Virus record (IMG/VR): IMGVR_UViG_3300036761_001580
Coordinates: 5,198-69,197 of that record
DNA from: a virus
Reading direction: 5' to 3' (one strand)
DNA: 64,000 nucleotides
A model generated the notes under the pieces. That model did no database searches. It saw nothing but the letters and a program-made list of their open reading frames with translations, and had not been told where the DNA came from. The position numbers and the translations under genes are program-made. Positions 17,174 to 26,935 of the stretch are shown one piece after another (position 1 is the first letter of the stretch; each line of letters begins with the position of its first letter).

Positions 17174-18526
17174 CTACCTCCGCACCTCGTACTTGAACGG
17201 GGCGTTCTTGTGCCTCATCGCCCGCACTATGCGAGCTTCCGAGACGCGGGAGATTTTTTTCGAAACCTTATCCTTCAAGAAGAACTGGGTTGTATAGGGC
17301 TGCAACCCCACCATGTTCTTCGTCAATCGAGCCTTGGTACTTGAAGACGGGGGCTCCCACAAGGGGCGGTTCAACCACACGAAGTCGTTGGAGGAGGAGA
17401 TCTGCCCGAATAGAGGGTTGATGAATCTGAGGATCGGGCTCGTGTTCTTGCGGGTGTAGAGCCCGTACAGATCGTACACACTGGTGTCGTACCAGTTCAA
17501 ACCGAGCCGGTCGATTCCATAGGGCTTCAAGAGGACCGCTCGATTGTTTGAATCGAAGGTATCCTCCAAGGCGTAGACCGCAACGGTGCTGTAATAGTCC
17601 ATCGCGATGTCTTTGATCAGGTCCCCACCAGAGCCCGTAACCCAGTTCCAGGTGTTGTGAGTGTTCACGTTCAAGGAACAGAAGGCCAACGGATCTCCTG
17701 AGGAAGGCACGTTACGATACGCACGAACTGCGGGAATGGGTCCGAAACTAGAAGAACCCCAGTCCCACGCATACCGGCCTCCCGCAGTTCCGATCATCGA
17801 GGAGAAGCCATCTCTCGGAAGACCGTACATCTTCTTTTCGTTCCGCGCCAACCAGACAGCCTTCTCATCGTTCGGAGCGTACGCATGTCCCGGCCCGAAT
17901 CCTATATTCGCGTTGCACAGGCTGTCGAACCAGGCAGGGAAGGTGGGCCACTGTATCCCGGCCGCATTGAGGCAGGGGAACATCGTTCGATAGGCGCTGT
18001 TCCCTTTGAGCATGCTGTAAAAGACGTTGATCCCCCAGATCTTGTTTATGTGGGGCAGGGTGTCATCGATGGTATCGTACCAAGTCAAGATGGCGCAATT
18101 GGCTGCCGTGTTGGGAGCCATACCCGGAGCGAAGTTGGCGCGGATGAACGTGTAGATGTCCGCGGCATTCGCAAAGTCGAGGTCCTTCCAGGTGTTGACG
18201 GTAATACCCCAAGCAGTTACCTCTTTAAGACTCCACTGGCACCTACTGAAATACTGTGCAGGGTTGTCCATCAGGTCCGCACCGAACCGGTGCATGACGT
18301 TCGGGAACACCGCTAAATTCCAATTCGTGACTTCTGCCAGGAGGATGCACGCGGCTCCGTACTCCAGACGAGATGCTCCCCCGGTGACACCTCCACTGAT
18401 CGGAGTCCAGATCCCGGCTCCGAAGCAGAAGTACAAGGTCCCCGCAACCGGAGGGCCTGTTTCGATGAAACAGGTGTCCCCTTGGGTCGGGGCTGGAGGC
18501 AGCACAGTTCCGTATGGTTGCTTCAT
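17174..18526 (-). CDS. Tail fibre / receptor-binding-like protein
   Basis: 450-aa. N-terminal GDTCFIETG...LYFCFGAGIWTPISGG module shared with 16014..17015. Confidence 0.5.
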   Translation of the reverse strand: MKQPYGTVLPPAPTQGDTCFIETGPPVAGTLYFCFGAGIWTPISGGVTGGASRLEYGAACILLAEVTNWNLAVFPNVMHRFGADLMDNPAQYFSRCQWSLKEVTAWGITVNTWKDLDFANAADIYTFIRANFAPGMAPNTAANCAILTWYDTIDDTLPHINKIWGINVFYSMLKGNSAYRTMFPCLNAAGIQWPTFPAWFDSLCNANIGFGPGHAYAPNDEKAVWLARNEKKMYGLPRDGFSSMIGTAGGRYAWDWGSSSFGPIPAVRAYRNVPSSGDPLAFCSLNVNTHNTWNWVTGSGGDLIKDIAMDYYSTVAVYALEDTFDSNNRAVLLKPYGIDRLGLNWYDTSVYDLYGLYTRKNTSPILRFINPLFGQISSSNDFVWLNRPLWEPPSSSTKARLTKNMVGLQPYTTQFFLKDKVSKKISRVSEARIVRAMRHKNAPFKYEVRR

Positions 18527-18535
18527 CCGAGCACC

Positions 18536-19795
18536 TCAGATTGTCCCCACCATAACACGGCCGCTCTGTGGGGCGGCCCAAATAATGGTGACATCGTTCA
18601 AATTTCTCTGGACGCTGAACGCCTGGGAGTAAATGTCGAAGCCGGCCTCGAAGTCCACCCCTTGAACGCTCAGGAACACTTCCCGCCGGCCGAGGTTGTG
18701 CTGCACGACCCAGGTCGTCGAGCTGTCGAACGCCTGCATGTACCGGCGTGGAATCCCTGCGATCAACCAGTATTCCACCCCACCCTGAACCATGGCCCAG
18801 TCCGAGGCGTCCTGATAGGGACCATCGAAGGTGTACCGCACCATGGCGTAACGCTGGTCACTCGTCGTGAAGGGATCCCAAACCCCGTACCCATGGTTCT
18901 GGTTGAACGCATGCTCATGGGTCATGCTCTTCAAGAGGTTGTAGTGCCCGAAGAACGTCTCCGAGTCGAACCGTCCCACGACGACCACCCCCGAGGTCAG
19001 ACTCGCGAAGGTGATGTCGATGTTGTTGAGATCGGTGTAGCGGATGTCCGACGCCAGCCCGGTGATCTCGAAGTCGTCGGTACCGTCGTCGTGAATGTAG
19101 ACCAGGAGCTTTCGAGTCCCTAGGTTGTGGGGAACCGTGATCGCCGTCTCGTTCGTGAAGGGGTACGTGAAGATCTCCGCGTTGCTGACGACCGGAGAGA
19201 CGCCAGTGGGCCCGATGTATTGGAATCCGGTTATATAGACGTGCGTGGTATCTGTGATAAGTGCGGCAACCGCGTTCGAGGCGATGACGATAGCGCCGGC
19301 ACCGTACGAGAACGTCCAAGCGAGGGACGCACCGATTTTCCCGGTCGTCGGGAAGATCTCCACACCGCCCGCGTTCGGATCGCCGTTCCACAACCGAACC
19401 TGGTAGCCGAACGACGGCGTGGCGTCCGCCAGCGGGTAGTGCTGGGGCATCAGCCAGCTGGGCATCCGGGTCGTCCAGTCGCCGTACGTGCTCAGTGCGA
19501 AGAACGCCGTCTGGTTGACCGTCGGCGTGAGCCGGATGGCGTTCACCGCCAGGGAGTAGTCCGCGATCCTCGATGGGGCCGCCGCGGCGTTCGCCTGCGC
19601 GGTCACGAGATCCGGGGCAATCGGGATCTGGTCGAACTCGACCATGATCTGAGCAGGCTTCACCTCTACATCGGCAGGGTAGTATTCCTCAAAAACAGAA
19701 AGATTGTTAGGCGATGAATCTCTATTCGCCGTGCCAAGTAACCCATTCCATCCCTTCCAGGAGAAATTCACCAATTCTTCCGAGAGGAAAGCCAT
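18536..19795 (-). CDS. Tail/baseplate-like structural protein with two repeated domains
   Basis: 419-aa. Internal repeat VPHNLGTRKLLVYIHDDG...FEITG vs VQHNLGRREVFLSVQGVDFEAG. Confidence 0.45.
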   Translation of the reverse strand: MAFLSEELVNFSWKGWNGLLGTANRDSSPNNLSVFEEYYPADVEVKPAQIMVEFDQIPIAPDLVTAQANAAAAPSRIADYSLAVNAIRLTPTVNQTAFFALSTYGDWTTRMPSWLMPQHYPLADATPSFGYQVRLWNGDPNAGGVEIFPTTGKIGASLAWTFSYGAGAIVIASNAVAALITDTTHVYITGFQYIGPTGVSPVVSNAEIFTYPFTNETAITVPHNLGTRKLLVYIHDDGTDDFEITGLASDIRYTDLNNIDITFASLTSGVVVVGRFDSETFFGHYNLLKSMTHEHAFNQNHGYGVWDPFTTSDQRYAMVRYTFDGPYQDASDWAMVQGGVEYWLIAGIPRRYMQAFDSSTTWVVQHNLGRREVFLSVQGVDFEAGFDIYSQAFSVQRNLNDVTIIWAAPQSGRVMVGTI

Positions 19796-19866
19796 GACTA
19801 TGAAACCTCTTTCTTGAGGTTTTCAGACTGCATAGATTTGCAAGATTCGTGCATACCTATTCGTCT

Positions 19867-21168
19867 CTACTTCCCGATCAACCGCTTGAAGAAGTTCTTC
19901 TTCCCCTCCACTGGCTCCACGATCTCAACCTTCGTCAGCTCCTTCAGCGCCCCGCGCTTCTTCAGCTCGGTCTCCAGCAGGCCGACCTTCTCGGTCCAGG
20001 ACTTCGTCTTCCCGTCGAGCTGATCGACCAGCTCGAAGACCTCCGCGGGAGCGTCCTGCAAGGCCTTCATGAGGGTGGTCAACAGCTCCCGGACCTTGAC
20101 CGCCTGGCTCTCGCAGATGTTCAGCTTGGCCTTCAGCTCCTCGACCTCCACGGACTCCCGGTCGATGGCCTTCTGGAGGTCGGAGAAGTGGTCCTCCTTC
20201 AGGAGACTCTCGACCAGATCGGCCGGCAGCTGGAAGCCCTCACCCAGGCGTGCCTTCTGCACGGCGAGGGTCTCCTTGATGGCCCCGAGCTTCTCCTCGA
20301 TCTTCTTCTGGAAGGAGTCGAACTGACGCTGCGCAATGCCGGCCTTCTCGGCTTCGACCGCGGTGCGGCGGATCAGCTCGTTCTCCAGGTACGAATTCTT
20401 GTACATGTCGACCTGCTGCATCCGCAGCATCTCGGTCTTGTCGTCCAGGGCGGCCCGGTGCTGCGCGATGAGGCGCTCGGCGTCCGAGACGACACCCTTG
20501 ATCATGATGTCCTTGTCGGTCTGGAGCCTCTGCAACATGCCGTCGAAGGAGTTCATCTTCGCCGTCAACGCAACGTTCATGTCGGTGAGCTGCTTCTCGG
20601 TCTTGGCCTTGAACTCGGCCAGGGCCGCGTTGCTCAGCTCGACCTCGCGCTGCACGCGGCGGGCGTTGTCCCAGGTCCACTCCTTCCGGGTCTCCAGATC
20701 GGACATGATGGCCCGGATCGTCTGGTCGCGGCCGATGATGGTGTCCAAGGCCTTGTTCTGGGCTTCCTTGGACTGCTCCAGCAGCATGGCGACGGAGGCG
20801 AGGCTCTTGCCTGTACTGTCGTTCAGGCCCGAAGCGAGCTTCTCACGCTGGACGAGGGTCGTCGTGATGAAGTCCTTCAGGGAGTCGTAGCTCGCCTGCA
20901 AGAGTGAGCCGCGCTTCTTCAGGTCCTCCAGGACCTCCTGCCGGAAGTTCGCCAGCTCCTGGAGCGTGTCGATCTCCGGATCGTCCTTCGCCGGGTCGAC
21001 GGAGATGGACTCCTTGTTCTTGTTGAACAGGGAGAGCATGCCGAACTGCCGCTCGAACTCCGACAGCTGAAGCCGGCGGACCGTCGAGGTGGTATCGCTC
21101 TCGCGATAGGTCAGGATGACCTCGTCCCCATCCTGCACAATGCCTTCCAACCGTCCTTCGAGCGACAT
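19867..21168 (-). CDS. Long coiled-coil protein (tail assembly / tape-measure-like?)
   Basis: 433-aa, almost entirely heptad-rich alpha-helical sequence, within the tail module. Confidence 0.4.
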   Translation of the reverse strand: MSLEGRLEGIVQDGDEVILTYRESDTTSTVRRLQLSEFERQFGMLSLFNKNKESISVDPAKDDPEIDTLQELANFRQEVLEDLKKRGSLLQASYDSLKDFITTTLVQREKLASGLNDSTGKSLASVAMLLEQSKEAQNKALDTIIGRDQTIRAIMSDLETRKEWTWDNARRVQREVELSNAALAEFKAKTEKQLTDMNVALTAKMNSFDGMLQRLQTDKDIMIKGVVSDAERLIAQHRAALDDKTEMLRMQQVDMYKNSYLENELIRRTAVEAEKAGIAQRQFDSFQKKIEEKLGAIKETLAVQKARLGEGFQLPADLVESLLKEDHFSDLQKAIDRESVEVEELKAKLNICESQAVKVRELLTTLMKALQDAPAEVFELVDQLDGKTKSWTEKVGLLETELKKRGALKELTKVEIVEPVEGKKNFFKRLIGK

Positions 21169-21177
21169 GTTCTCCTC

Positions 21178-23310
21178 CTACCAGCTGACCTGAATGGAAC
21201 TGACGGCCGTCGAAGCCGCGGTCAGCTCCAGGTGCATTTCGAACCAGTTGATCGGCATGTACGCGCCGCCCAGACCGAAGGATCCGAACGACACGTCCAA
21301 GGTGTTGCCGGCGCTCGCCGTGTAGATCGGCACGTCGAGCACGTTGTCGTACACGCCGCCGTTCTGCACGACGAGGTTGAACGTCGCCGCCCAAAGGACC
21401 CCGCTGTGTGCTCGGCCGCGGATGCGCCAGACGCCGTTGTTGATGAAGACCCACAGGTGCGTCCGGCTCGCGAGCAGGTCCGCCACGACGGCTGCGGCGT
21501 TGAACGTGAACCGGCAGCTCCCGTGGTACGTCCCGTCGCTGGCCTGGTACCGCCTGTAGAACGTCTGCGTGGCGGGCTGAGCGCCACTGTAGTTCGCGTT
21601 CGCCCCCAGACCCGGCCGATGACCCGTCCAGTTCGTAACGCGCCTCTGGAGCTGTCCTGACTGCACCATGGCCCCGGCGTTGTCGTCATAGGCCTGCATG
21701 TCCTGGGTGCTGACCCAAGCCACGCCCGGGTTGTACGCACCGACCAGGTTGAACGCGGTCCGGCGGCGGGCCTCGTCCGTGTAGTATTCGTTCAGCCCGT
21801 CGCTGTCGGGCAGGAACGTGTCGATGCAGACCGCGTTCCCGCCGTCGTTCACCCAGGCACCCGCGACCCAGTCCTCAGGGCGGGAGTAGACGAAAGCGTT
21901 CGCCGGGCTGATGAAGCGGTAGTTCACCCGGGTGATCGTGTAGGTCGCCGAGTGGGACGCGCCCGTGTTGTTCCAGGCGGTCGTCCAGCCGATCAGGTCC
22001 GCGCTGTTCAGTGTGAGCCAGCCGACACCACCACCGCTGCCGATCCCCCAGTCTGTGGCGTTGAGCGTCACGAAGGGCTGCGGGTACGACTCGCAGTTGA
22101 TGTTGTCGATCCCGGTGATGCCGATGGTGAACGTGTCGTTCCGGATGTAGTAGCGGATGCCGCTCAGCCACTTCCCGACGATGACGTTGTCGACGATGGT
22201 GATCGGGGGAGGGCCGCCCGAGATCACCGCGGGGTTCGTGTTCGGATCGTGGAACAGGTTGCCGCTGCTGTAGGTGAAGATGCCCTCGGCCCCGTCATCG
22301 TGCACCAGGGTGATGCTGTACTTCCCACCCTGGGGGATGATGTTGTCGATGAGGACCGCCACGGACAGGCTCGCCTGGAACTTGTACGAGTCCCCAGCCA
22401 GCGCGCCGATGTTGATCGTGATGTTGTTGACCGTCGCGCTGTAGCCGACCGCGGGGATACCGACCGGACCGTGGTCCGCCAGGATCGCTCCGTTCGCGCT
22501 CGTCACGAAGACGCGGAACGTCGAGCTGCCGTCGTTCAGCAGGATCGAGAAGTTCCCCGCCAGGGTGTAGGGGATCGGGCCGCCGATGCCTGGAGGTGTC
22601 TGATGGAAGCCGCCGTAGGAGTTCCCCGCCACCCAACCGGTGATGTCGAACGCGCCCGGGTTGGAGAGGTACCGCGCCGAGGTCGCGTACGCCGGCACCA
22701 GGGCATTCGTCGTCCCGTCCATCGTGTTGAAGTGAGACACGAAGGCCGGCGGGTGGATGAAGGCGTTGACCTGGGTTGGGTCGACGTCCAGCTGCGCGAG
22801 CACACCGTCGTACGCGGCCGGATCCTGTCCGTTGACGAAGTTCAGCTTCGTGACGCCGGGCCCGAGAGGGGCTCCGTTGAACAGGATGCTGATGCCGCCG
22901 GCCACTGTCGCGAACTCCAAACCGTCCTCGGTCGGCTTGACCACGACCTGTTCGCCCGCATGACCCGTGTAGTCGGCGGGGACGTCCTGGAGGTCCGTGA
23001 AGAAGTTGGCCCCGGGGACACTGGCCCCACCGTACTTGTAGGTGCTCACCTGGGCCGAGGTCTGGAGGAACCCATCGAGGCGCACTTGAACGAGCCCCTC
23101 GTCGATCCACTGGCTCAAGGTGTTCGCGAAATCGGCATCGAACTGGACTTCGTGGAGGTCCAACTCAACGTACGACTGAACCGGGACCGTGATCTTCACG
23201 GTCTTTCGAGCACCACCTGTGATGTCGCCACCCACGAGAGACAAAGGGTGTCCATGACCCGAGAGATGGGTCAAGTTCGAGATCCTGAGGGTGTGCCTGA
23301 CCTGCGGCAT
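21178..23310 (-). CDS. Large tail fibre / receptor-binding protein
   Basis: 710-aa. N-terminal F(T)DLQDVPADYTGHAGEQVVVKPTEDGLEF repeat shared with tailspike 26936..28744. Confidence 0.5.
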   Translation of the reverse strand: MPQVRHTLRISNLTHLSGHGHPLSLVGGDITGGARKTVKITVPVQSYVELDLHEVQFDADFANTLSQWIDEGLVQVRLDGFLQTSAQVSTYKYGGASVPGANFFTDLQDVPADYTGHAGEQVVVKPTEDGLEFATVAGGISILFNGAPLGPGVTKLNFVNGQDPAAYDGVLAQLDVDPTQVNAFIHPPAFVSHFNTMDGTTNALVPAYATSARYLSNPGAFDITGWVAGNSYGGFHQTPPGIGGPIPYTLAGNFSILLNDGSSTFRVFVTSANGAILADHGPVGIPAVGYSATVNNITINIGALAGDSYKFQASLSVAVLIDNIIPQGGKYSITLVHDDGAEGIFTYSSGNLFHDPNTNPAVISGGPPPITIVDNVIVGKWLSGIRYYIRNDTFTIGITGIDNINCESYPQPFVTLNATDWGIGSGGGVGWLTLNSADLIGWTTAWNNTGASHSATYTITRVNYRFISPANAFVYSRPEDWVAGAWVNDGGNAVCIDTFLPDSDGLNEYYTDEARRRTAFNLVGAYNPGVAWVSTQDMQAYDDNAGAMVQSGQLQRRVTNWTGHRPGLGANANYSGAQPATQTFYRRYQASDGTYHGSCRFTFNAAAVVADLLASRTHLWVFINNGVWRIRGRAHSGVLWAATFNLVVQNGGVYDNVLDVPIYTASAGNTLDVSFGSFGLGGAYMPINWFEMHLELTAASTAVSSIQVSW

Positions 23311-24090
23311 CTACGCTTTCGTCCTGCCCCTGCTGTCCGCGAACTGTGACACCGCCTCCACAACCAGACCCTCGATCAAGGTGCGAAGCTCGGCCTCCTT
23401 GGTCGGATCGAAGCCTTCGAGGTTCACCGAGACCGGCGGCGGGGTTGCGCCACTGACCGAAGCGACCGATCCGTTCTTCGCGGTGACGATCAGCTGGTGC
23501 TCCCCGCCGAGGTTCAAGGCCTGGGTGATGACGTCGGAGACGTACTCTTCGAGGTCGTTGACGCCGCGCTCGCTCCCGGCCATCGGGATGTTCAAGGATG
23601 CCGAGATCGACACCGGGGCCTGGGGGCCCTCGGAGTCCTCGACGTAGAAGTTCCGGATATCGTAGGCCCTCTTCAGGAGGGCGAGGAACCGTTGAGCCGA
23701 CCGGAGGGTCCAGTCCTTCTTCAGGGGCTCCTTCGGCATGCCCTTCGGGCGCTTCGGGGACAGCCCGGGGGTGATCCCGGGGCCCTTCCGCATGTCCTTG
23801 AGGGTGTCGTCCAGGAGCTTGCTGCTCTGCTCCGCCATGGGATCCTTGGCCTCCTCGTTGAGGACGGTCATGAAGATGTCCCGGTCGGAATCGGGTTCTT
23901 TGTACTCCCAGGCTTGACGGGTGGGGACCGGAGAAGCCTCCTGCGCTCGGGCTTGCCGCGGCTCCTGTCGAACAGGTATGGGCTTCGGGAGGGAGGCGAC
24001 CACCTCGTCCAGGTTCATCCCGCCCGTCTTCTCGGCCGTGAGACGGCGAAGATGATCCATCGTACCACTGGTCAAACCCGATTTGCGCAT
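23311..24090 (-). CDS. Hypothetical protein
   Basis: Start taken at ATG 24090 (AAGGAGGaccttccATG), downstream of late motif 24115-24149. The ORF-track upstream Met overlaps the promoter. Confidence 0.4.
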   Translation of the reverse strand: MRKSGLTSGTMDHLRRLTAEKTGGMNLDEVVASLPKPIPVRQEPRQARAQEASPVPTRQAWEYKEPDSDRDIFMTVLNEEAKDPMAEQSSKLLDDTLKDMRKGPGITPGLSPKRPKGMPKEPLKKDWTLRSAQRFLALLKRAYDIRNFYVEDSEGPQAPVSISASLNIPMAGSERGVNDLEEYVSDVITQALNLGGEHQLIVTAKNGSVASVSGATPPPVSVNLEGFDPTKEAELRTLIEGLVVEAVSQFADSRGRTKA

Positions 24091-24114
24091 GGAAGGTCCT
24101 CCTTGGACAGGGGA

Positions 24115-24149
24115 CACTATACCACGCGCGGATGTCGAATCTTTAAACT
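24115..24149 (-). promoter_or_regulatory. Late-type promoter motif
   Basis: Minus reading cagTTTAAAGATTCgacatccgcgcgtgGTATAGTGtc. Confidence 0.4.
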
Positions 24150-24153
24150 GAGG

Positions 24154-24633
24154 TCAGCCGACGATTTCCGACCACATCTGGTCCAGATGCCGGATCGAGC
24201 GGGCCGAGCGGATGTCGACGTGGTTCATGGAGCGGCCCTGACGGACGATGAGGATCGCCAGGTCATCCGGATGCAGCTCCACGATGGAGCCGTCGTCCAT
24301 CTCGACGCTTTGCTCGGGCTGGCCGGACTTGTACAGCGCGCGAGCAACCCGGTACAGGTCGTCGTCCGCGATGCCGTCGAAGTTCGCCTCGACCTGCCGG
24401 CCACCACCGCCTCCACCCCCACCGTAGCCCCGCTCGTCGGGGTAGCCCGGGTCGCCGTCGAAGACCTCGCTGTTCCCGTACTCCAGCCCCATCTGCTGCG
24501 CCCGTTGGGCCGCGATCTGGAAGGCCGCCTCTGGGAGGGCGTTGGCGATTCGGTTCAACGAGTCTTCACTCGAAATGCCCACATCTTCCGGCTTCTCAAC
24601 CGGGGGCATCCAAAATCCGGGGCGTCCTCTCAT
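24154..24633 (-). CDS. Hypothetical protein (poly-Gly tract)
   Basis: 159-aa. RBS AAGGAGG. GGGGGGGG tract. Confidence 0.4.
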   Translation of the reverse strand: MRGRPGFWMPPVEKPEDVGISSEDSLNRIANALPEAAFQIAAQRAQQMGLEYGNSEVFDGDPGYPDERGYGGGGGGGGRQVEANFDGIADDDLYRVARALYKSGQPEQSVEMDDGSIVELHPDDLAILIVRQGRSMNHVDIRSARSIRHLDQMWSEIVG

Positions 24634-24651
24634 GGGGTCCTCCTTGGCCTG

Positions 24652-24688
24652 AGTAGCATACTACAGGATCCCGACTATTTCTTAAAGG
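24652..24688 (-). promoter_or_regulatory. Late-type promoter motif
   Basis: Minus reading ccTTTAAGAAATAGtcgggatcctgTAGTATGCtac. Confidence 0.4.
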
Positions 24689-25190
24689 CGCGTTTGCAGT
24701 CGGGGCAGAGCATGGTCTGCTGGATCTTCGAGGACTCCACCTTCCCGCAGGACGGGCAGACCTGGACCGGCCTGTCGGCGTGCAGCATCCGGAAGTTGTT
24801 GAGAGTCTTGGCGAGCACCCTACGGTGGGCGACCTCGGCCTCCCAGAGGTGGATCATCTTCTGGAGGGCATCGTGGCTCGTGGTCGCCCTGGTGCTCTCG
24901 GAGTTGTACAGGAACTCGCTCGTGCCGGCGTAGTTCGAGAAGAACTGCTGGTCCTCCTTGGAGGTGCAGCTCTTCCGAGCCTCTTCGAGCTGGGCCTTCA
25001 GGCTCTCGATGATCTTCAGATGCTCCTTCCGCTCCGCGGACCCCATGAAGTACGCGAGGGTGGGGTCTTCCTCCAGAACTTTCGCCTTCTCCAAGGGGTT
25101 CACCACGGAGAACGGCCTGGCCTTCGCCACGAGCTTCTTTCTCGTCTTCGGGGTCATGGTTGTGATCTTCACCTTGGTCTTCTGCGCCAT
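24675..25190 (-). CDS. Hypothetical protein with C-terminal zinc ribbon
   Basis: 171-aa. CPSCG...CPDC. Confidence 0.4.
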   Translation of the reverse strand: MAQKTKVKITTMTPKTRKKLVAKARPFSVVNPLEKAKVLEEDPTLAYFMGSAERKEHLKIIESLKAQLEEARKSCTSKEDQQFFSNYAGTSEFLYNSESTRATTSHDALQKMIHLWEAEVAHRRVLAKTLNNFRMLHADRPVQVCPSCGKVESSKIQQTMLCPDCKRAFKK

Positions 25191-25202
25191 CGAGGCCTCC
25201 TC

Positions 25203-25925
25203 TCAGCCGAACATCAGCTCGGCGTAATTGAATTTTTTGCACAGACAATTCTCAATGAAAACAGGGGTTTCCGAGAAACCCACAGTTTTCCCACAGATGA
25301 TGTGGACGTGGGACGCGACCATGCTCTTCCCTTGGGCAAAGTCGATGCCCTTCTGGGTCGGCTGGTACATGCCGGCCTTGCCGCCCGCGGAGTTCATGGA
25401 AGGCATCTTCTCCACCAGACCCCACCGTGTCAAGTAGGCACCGTCGGTAGCCGCCTTGGACGTCGCCGGCAGCAGCTCGCGCGTGGAGTACCACCGCGGC
25501 TCCTTCTGGTACGCCTTGACCAGCTTGATCAGGAACAGTGCCATCTCCGTGTGGAGCTTGCGCCGGTAGAGCTTCACCCGCTGCTCGCAGATCGGGCAGA
25601 AGTTGTCCTTCTCGTCCTGCCCATCGAACACCCTCCGACGGGCATGAGCCAGGGCCACATCGTCGAAGCTCGCGTCGAGTTCGGTGTACACCACCTGGGG
25701 TCCCCAGGAGAAGATCATGGTCGGGAAGTAGGACCCTTGGACGCCCAAGATCATGACCCCATCAGGGTTGCCATTCGCGAAGCGTACGGATGCCGGTATC
25801 GGAAGGCTGTGCGCAGCCTCCTGCACCCAGTAGTTCCGGTACTGCACTTTCGCAGGATGCGGGATGGTGGGCATGGTCTTTCGGAACCCAGAGAAGAGGC
25901 CGGTCATCTCGTCGACTTGGCTCAT
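25203..25925 (-). CDS. Hypothetical protein
   Basis: 240-aa. CPICEQ motif. Preceded by sigma70-like promoter 25968-25996. Confidence 0.4.
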   Translation of the reverse strand: MSQVDEMTGLFSGFRKTMPTIPHPAKVQYRNYWVQEAAHSLPIPASVRFANGNPDGVMILGVQGSYFPTMIFSWGPQVVYTELDASFDDVALAHARRRVFDGQDEKDNFCPICEQRVKLYRRKLHTEMALFLIKLVKAYQKEPRWYSTRELLPATSKAATDGAYLTRWGLVEKMPSMNSAGGKAGMYQPTQKGIDFAQGKSMVASHVHIICGKTVGFSETPVFIENCLCKKFNYAELMFG

Positions 25926-25967
25926 AGCACCTCCGAAGGGCGTTCGCCCCCGCTGCCGTACTGTGAT

Positions 25968-25996
25968 ACTATAGATCAGCCTGTGCGAGATGTCAA
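25968..25996 (-). promoter_or_regulatory. Sigma70-like promoter TTGACA-N17-TATAGT
   Basis: Minus reading ctcTTGACAtctcgcacaggctgatcTATAGTatc. Confidence 0.55.
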
Positions 25997-26005
25997 GAGG
26001 TGGGT

Positions 26006-26878
26006 CTAGCGAATGGTGTTGTACAGCTCTTTGCCGAGGATCTTCTCGATGATCTGTCCGGAGTCGACCTCGAAGAGTTGGGGCATGCTGATGTTCTCGT
26101 CCTCCGGGTCCATGCCTTCCCGCGCCATCTCCATCGCTTCGCTCTCGGAGCTGTAGGTGCCGCCGTACCCGTCAGCGTAGAAGCCCTGCACGAGGTCTTG
26201 AAGGAGGTCCATGACCTCCCGGCCGGACTTAACGAAATCGAAAGCGACGTAGCCTTCTCCTTCGAACGGGGAGCTGGAATAGGAATCAGGGTCTTCGGAA
26301 TCGATGAAGAGTGGACCAGTGTACAGGTCCGCGTTCAGGTAGCGGATCTTGCGCTTCGTGTCCTCGTCGAGCTGGCTCTCGTAGAACTCAGCCTGCCTGT
26401 TGATCTCATCCTCGACCTCGCTCGCGGCCTTCTTCCGCTGAGCAGCCGTGATCGCCTGGTCCCAGGCGGATTCCGCGGCCTCGTCCTGCGGGTTGAACAT
26501 CAGCGCGCTGGTCTGGGTCTCCGCGCTCGCCTGGTTGAGAGCCTCCCACACTACACTGGGGGTGATCCCGTCCGGAGGAATATTCTGGAGGTACGGGAGG
26601 GCAACCACGGGGTCGACGAGGACCTCTCTGCCGAGGGTGTCTTTGACGTAGACCAGCTCCTGACTGGAATCCTGAGTGGGGGCCGGGGCCACGGTGAACG
26701 GGTTCACCCCGGCACCTTGGGGAACCGGCCAGACAGTGCCGTCGGGTTGCTTGACGTCCCTCGGGCCGAGGCTGTCGAGCATCTGCTGGAGCCTGTCCGC
26801 GAGCGCCGCCTGGCGAGTGCTGAAGAACTTGGCTAAGCGGTCGATGGCCCCGGACTCTGCGATTCGTGTCGTCTTCAT
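26006..26878 (-). CDS. Hypothetical protein
   Basis: 290-aa. RBS GGAGGA. Downstream of late motif 26897-26934. Confidence 0.4.
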   Translation of the reverse strand: MKTTRIAESGAIDRLAKFFSTRQAALADRLQQMLDSLGPRDVKQPDGTVWPVPQGAGVNPFTVAPAPTQDSSQELVYVKDTLGREVLVDPVVALPYLQNIPPDGITPSVVWEALNQASAETQTSALMFNPQDEAAESAWDQAITAAQRKKAASEVEDEINRQAEFYESQLDEDTKRKIRYLNADLYTGPLFIDSEDPDSYSSSPFEGEGYVAFDFVKSGREVMDLLQDLVQGFYADGYGGTYSSESEAMEMAREGMDPEDENISMPQLFEVDSGQIIEKILGKELYNTIR

Positions 26879-26896
26879 GAAGGTCCTCCGTGCTTG

Positions 26897-26934
26897 GAAT
26901 ATACTACAGGTCTCTCTGGATTTTTAAAAGGGGG
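26897..26934 (-). promoter_or_regulatory. Late-type promoter motif
   Basis: Minus reading cccccTTTTAAAAATCCagagagacctgTAGTATATtc. Confidence 0.45.
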
Positions 26935-26935
26935 T

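Noticed and set aside
19867-21168. Tape-measure protein assignment for the 433-aa coiled-coil protein
   Set aside because: Too short for a tape measure given the fibre-rich tail, and lacks the Gly/Trp-rich C-terminal motifs. Left as a generic coiled-coil tail-module protein.
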